A stretch of DNA of 63,855 bases, counting the filler, from Nemertoderma westbladi (Eukaryota; Animalia; Xenacoelomorpha): assembly GCA_032718475.1 (NCBI GenBank). It is 3 parts of 3 records of this genome, joined end to end, with 100 filler letters (N's around TTAATTAATTAA, not from the genome) between each part and the next. Parts side by side here need not be neighbours in the genome. Positions count along the whole stretch, not along the records: positions 54,383 to 63,855 come from JAUCBJ010006561.1; 2 more parts are not named here. One strand, written 5' to 3'. Both the position numbers and the translations under genes were made by a program. Below the pieces are notes generated by a model, which saw only the letters and a list, made by a program, of their open reading frames with translations, was not told the DNA's origin and did not search any database. Shown piece by piece: positions 62,951 through 63,855 of the stretch. Numbering within the stretch: the stretch's first letter is position 1; each line of letters starts with the position of its first letter.

Positions 62951-63855
62951 AAATGTATGCTTATATTTATATTATTTTACACCGGTATATATAAAAGTTA
63001 AATTATATTGCCACATTGACAACACAATAAAAAATAATAATATTTCTTATCGTTAATGAAATCTTGTGTACCAATAGGCTGATAGGATATAGGAAGATCA
63101 CGTCTGATGAAATGTTATGTTTGTTTTATATTTTATCCTGCTACAATACCAAATACATCAATTCAATTTGCAACTAACGGCCTATTTGAATCTCACGTTA
63201 TAAGGTAAATAATATATATACTCCTGCAATCTTATCTTATTCCTTGTTTTACAGCCTGTTAGGACAATCTTAGCGGTTCTGTGATCCCATTGGCCGTTTC
63301 CTCTACGGATATCTCTGCCATTATTGCCAAGCCCCCACCCCTTCCTGCTCTACTATTTTGGCTTTGCTATATTGACACTTTAACAAATAAGAATGTTTGA
63401 AAATAGGAGAGATAAGGCAACATAGAGCAGATCTGATAGGTTCGGTCAGAAACTCAATGAATGTGCTTCGCCACCCCTTACAACGAGCCATTGCATTGCA
63501 TTAAAGAATTGGTAACACACGAATAGATTAAACAAGTTGTAAGCATTCAACATCCACAAGTAATTAGTTTCGGCAAACACTCGAGCCGTGTTACTCTACC
63601 ATTTGTGCACTGTGCTGGTGGTGTTTGTATTTCAGCGTAAATTCCTGCGGCCATCATGGTGGTGTGGGTGGCAGCGGTGCAAATATTGAACCCTCAAATG
63701 GGGTAGGAAGGAATGCGCCGCCCATCCATATTCAAAATGGAAAGAAATCTTATTGATGCTGTTCAAGGTTGTATCCATAGTGTTATAATGTTTAGGATAG
63801 TGACTCGAGAAAAGGTCTTGATTTTGATTGAGTCGATTACCCCCCCCCCCCCCCC

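Noticed and set aside
63240-63855. GC-richer possible exons at the window end
   Set aside because: Stops in the frames checked and no recognisable motif.

Overview
Repeat-dense, AT-rich animal (invertebrate-like) genomic DNA with two scaffold gaps. Most of the window is nested transposons. (1) A Penelope-like element (1460-12195, minus) carries a variant hammerhead and is split by a non-autonomous BEL/Pao LTR element (2242-9792, AAAGG TSD). (2) A decayed, apparently permuted BEL/Pao element lies at about 18.8-25.9 kb. (3) A young Mag-type Ty3/Gypsy element with identical LTRs lies at 40552-45674. (4) There are also CRE-, CR1/L2- and RTE-type LINE pieces, TTAA-flanked Kolobok-like elements, MITEs and a 3.7 kb 27-bp satellite. 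Host genes are an intronless PDE3, an intronless Ly6/three-finger-like GPI protein, a terminal SLX9/FAM207A exon and a divergent K50 homeobox exon. The strongest novel signals are RNA-level. The BEL/Pao element lacks a tRNA PBS, and the 10 nt after its 5' LTR are the exact complement of a stem-loop loop inside its own LTR, suggesting self-priming. A tRNA-like Pol III cassette has a minimal hammerhead ribozyme between its A and B boxes. All family calls are by-eye motif recognition; no searches or folding were run.
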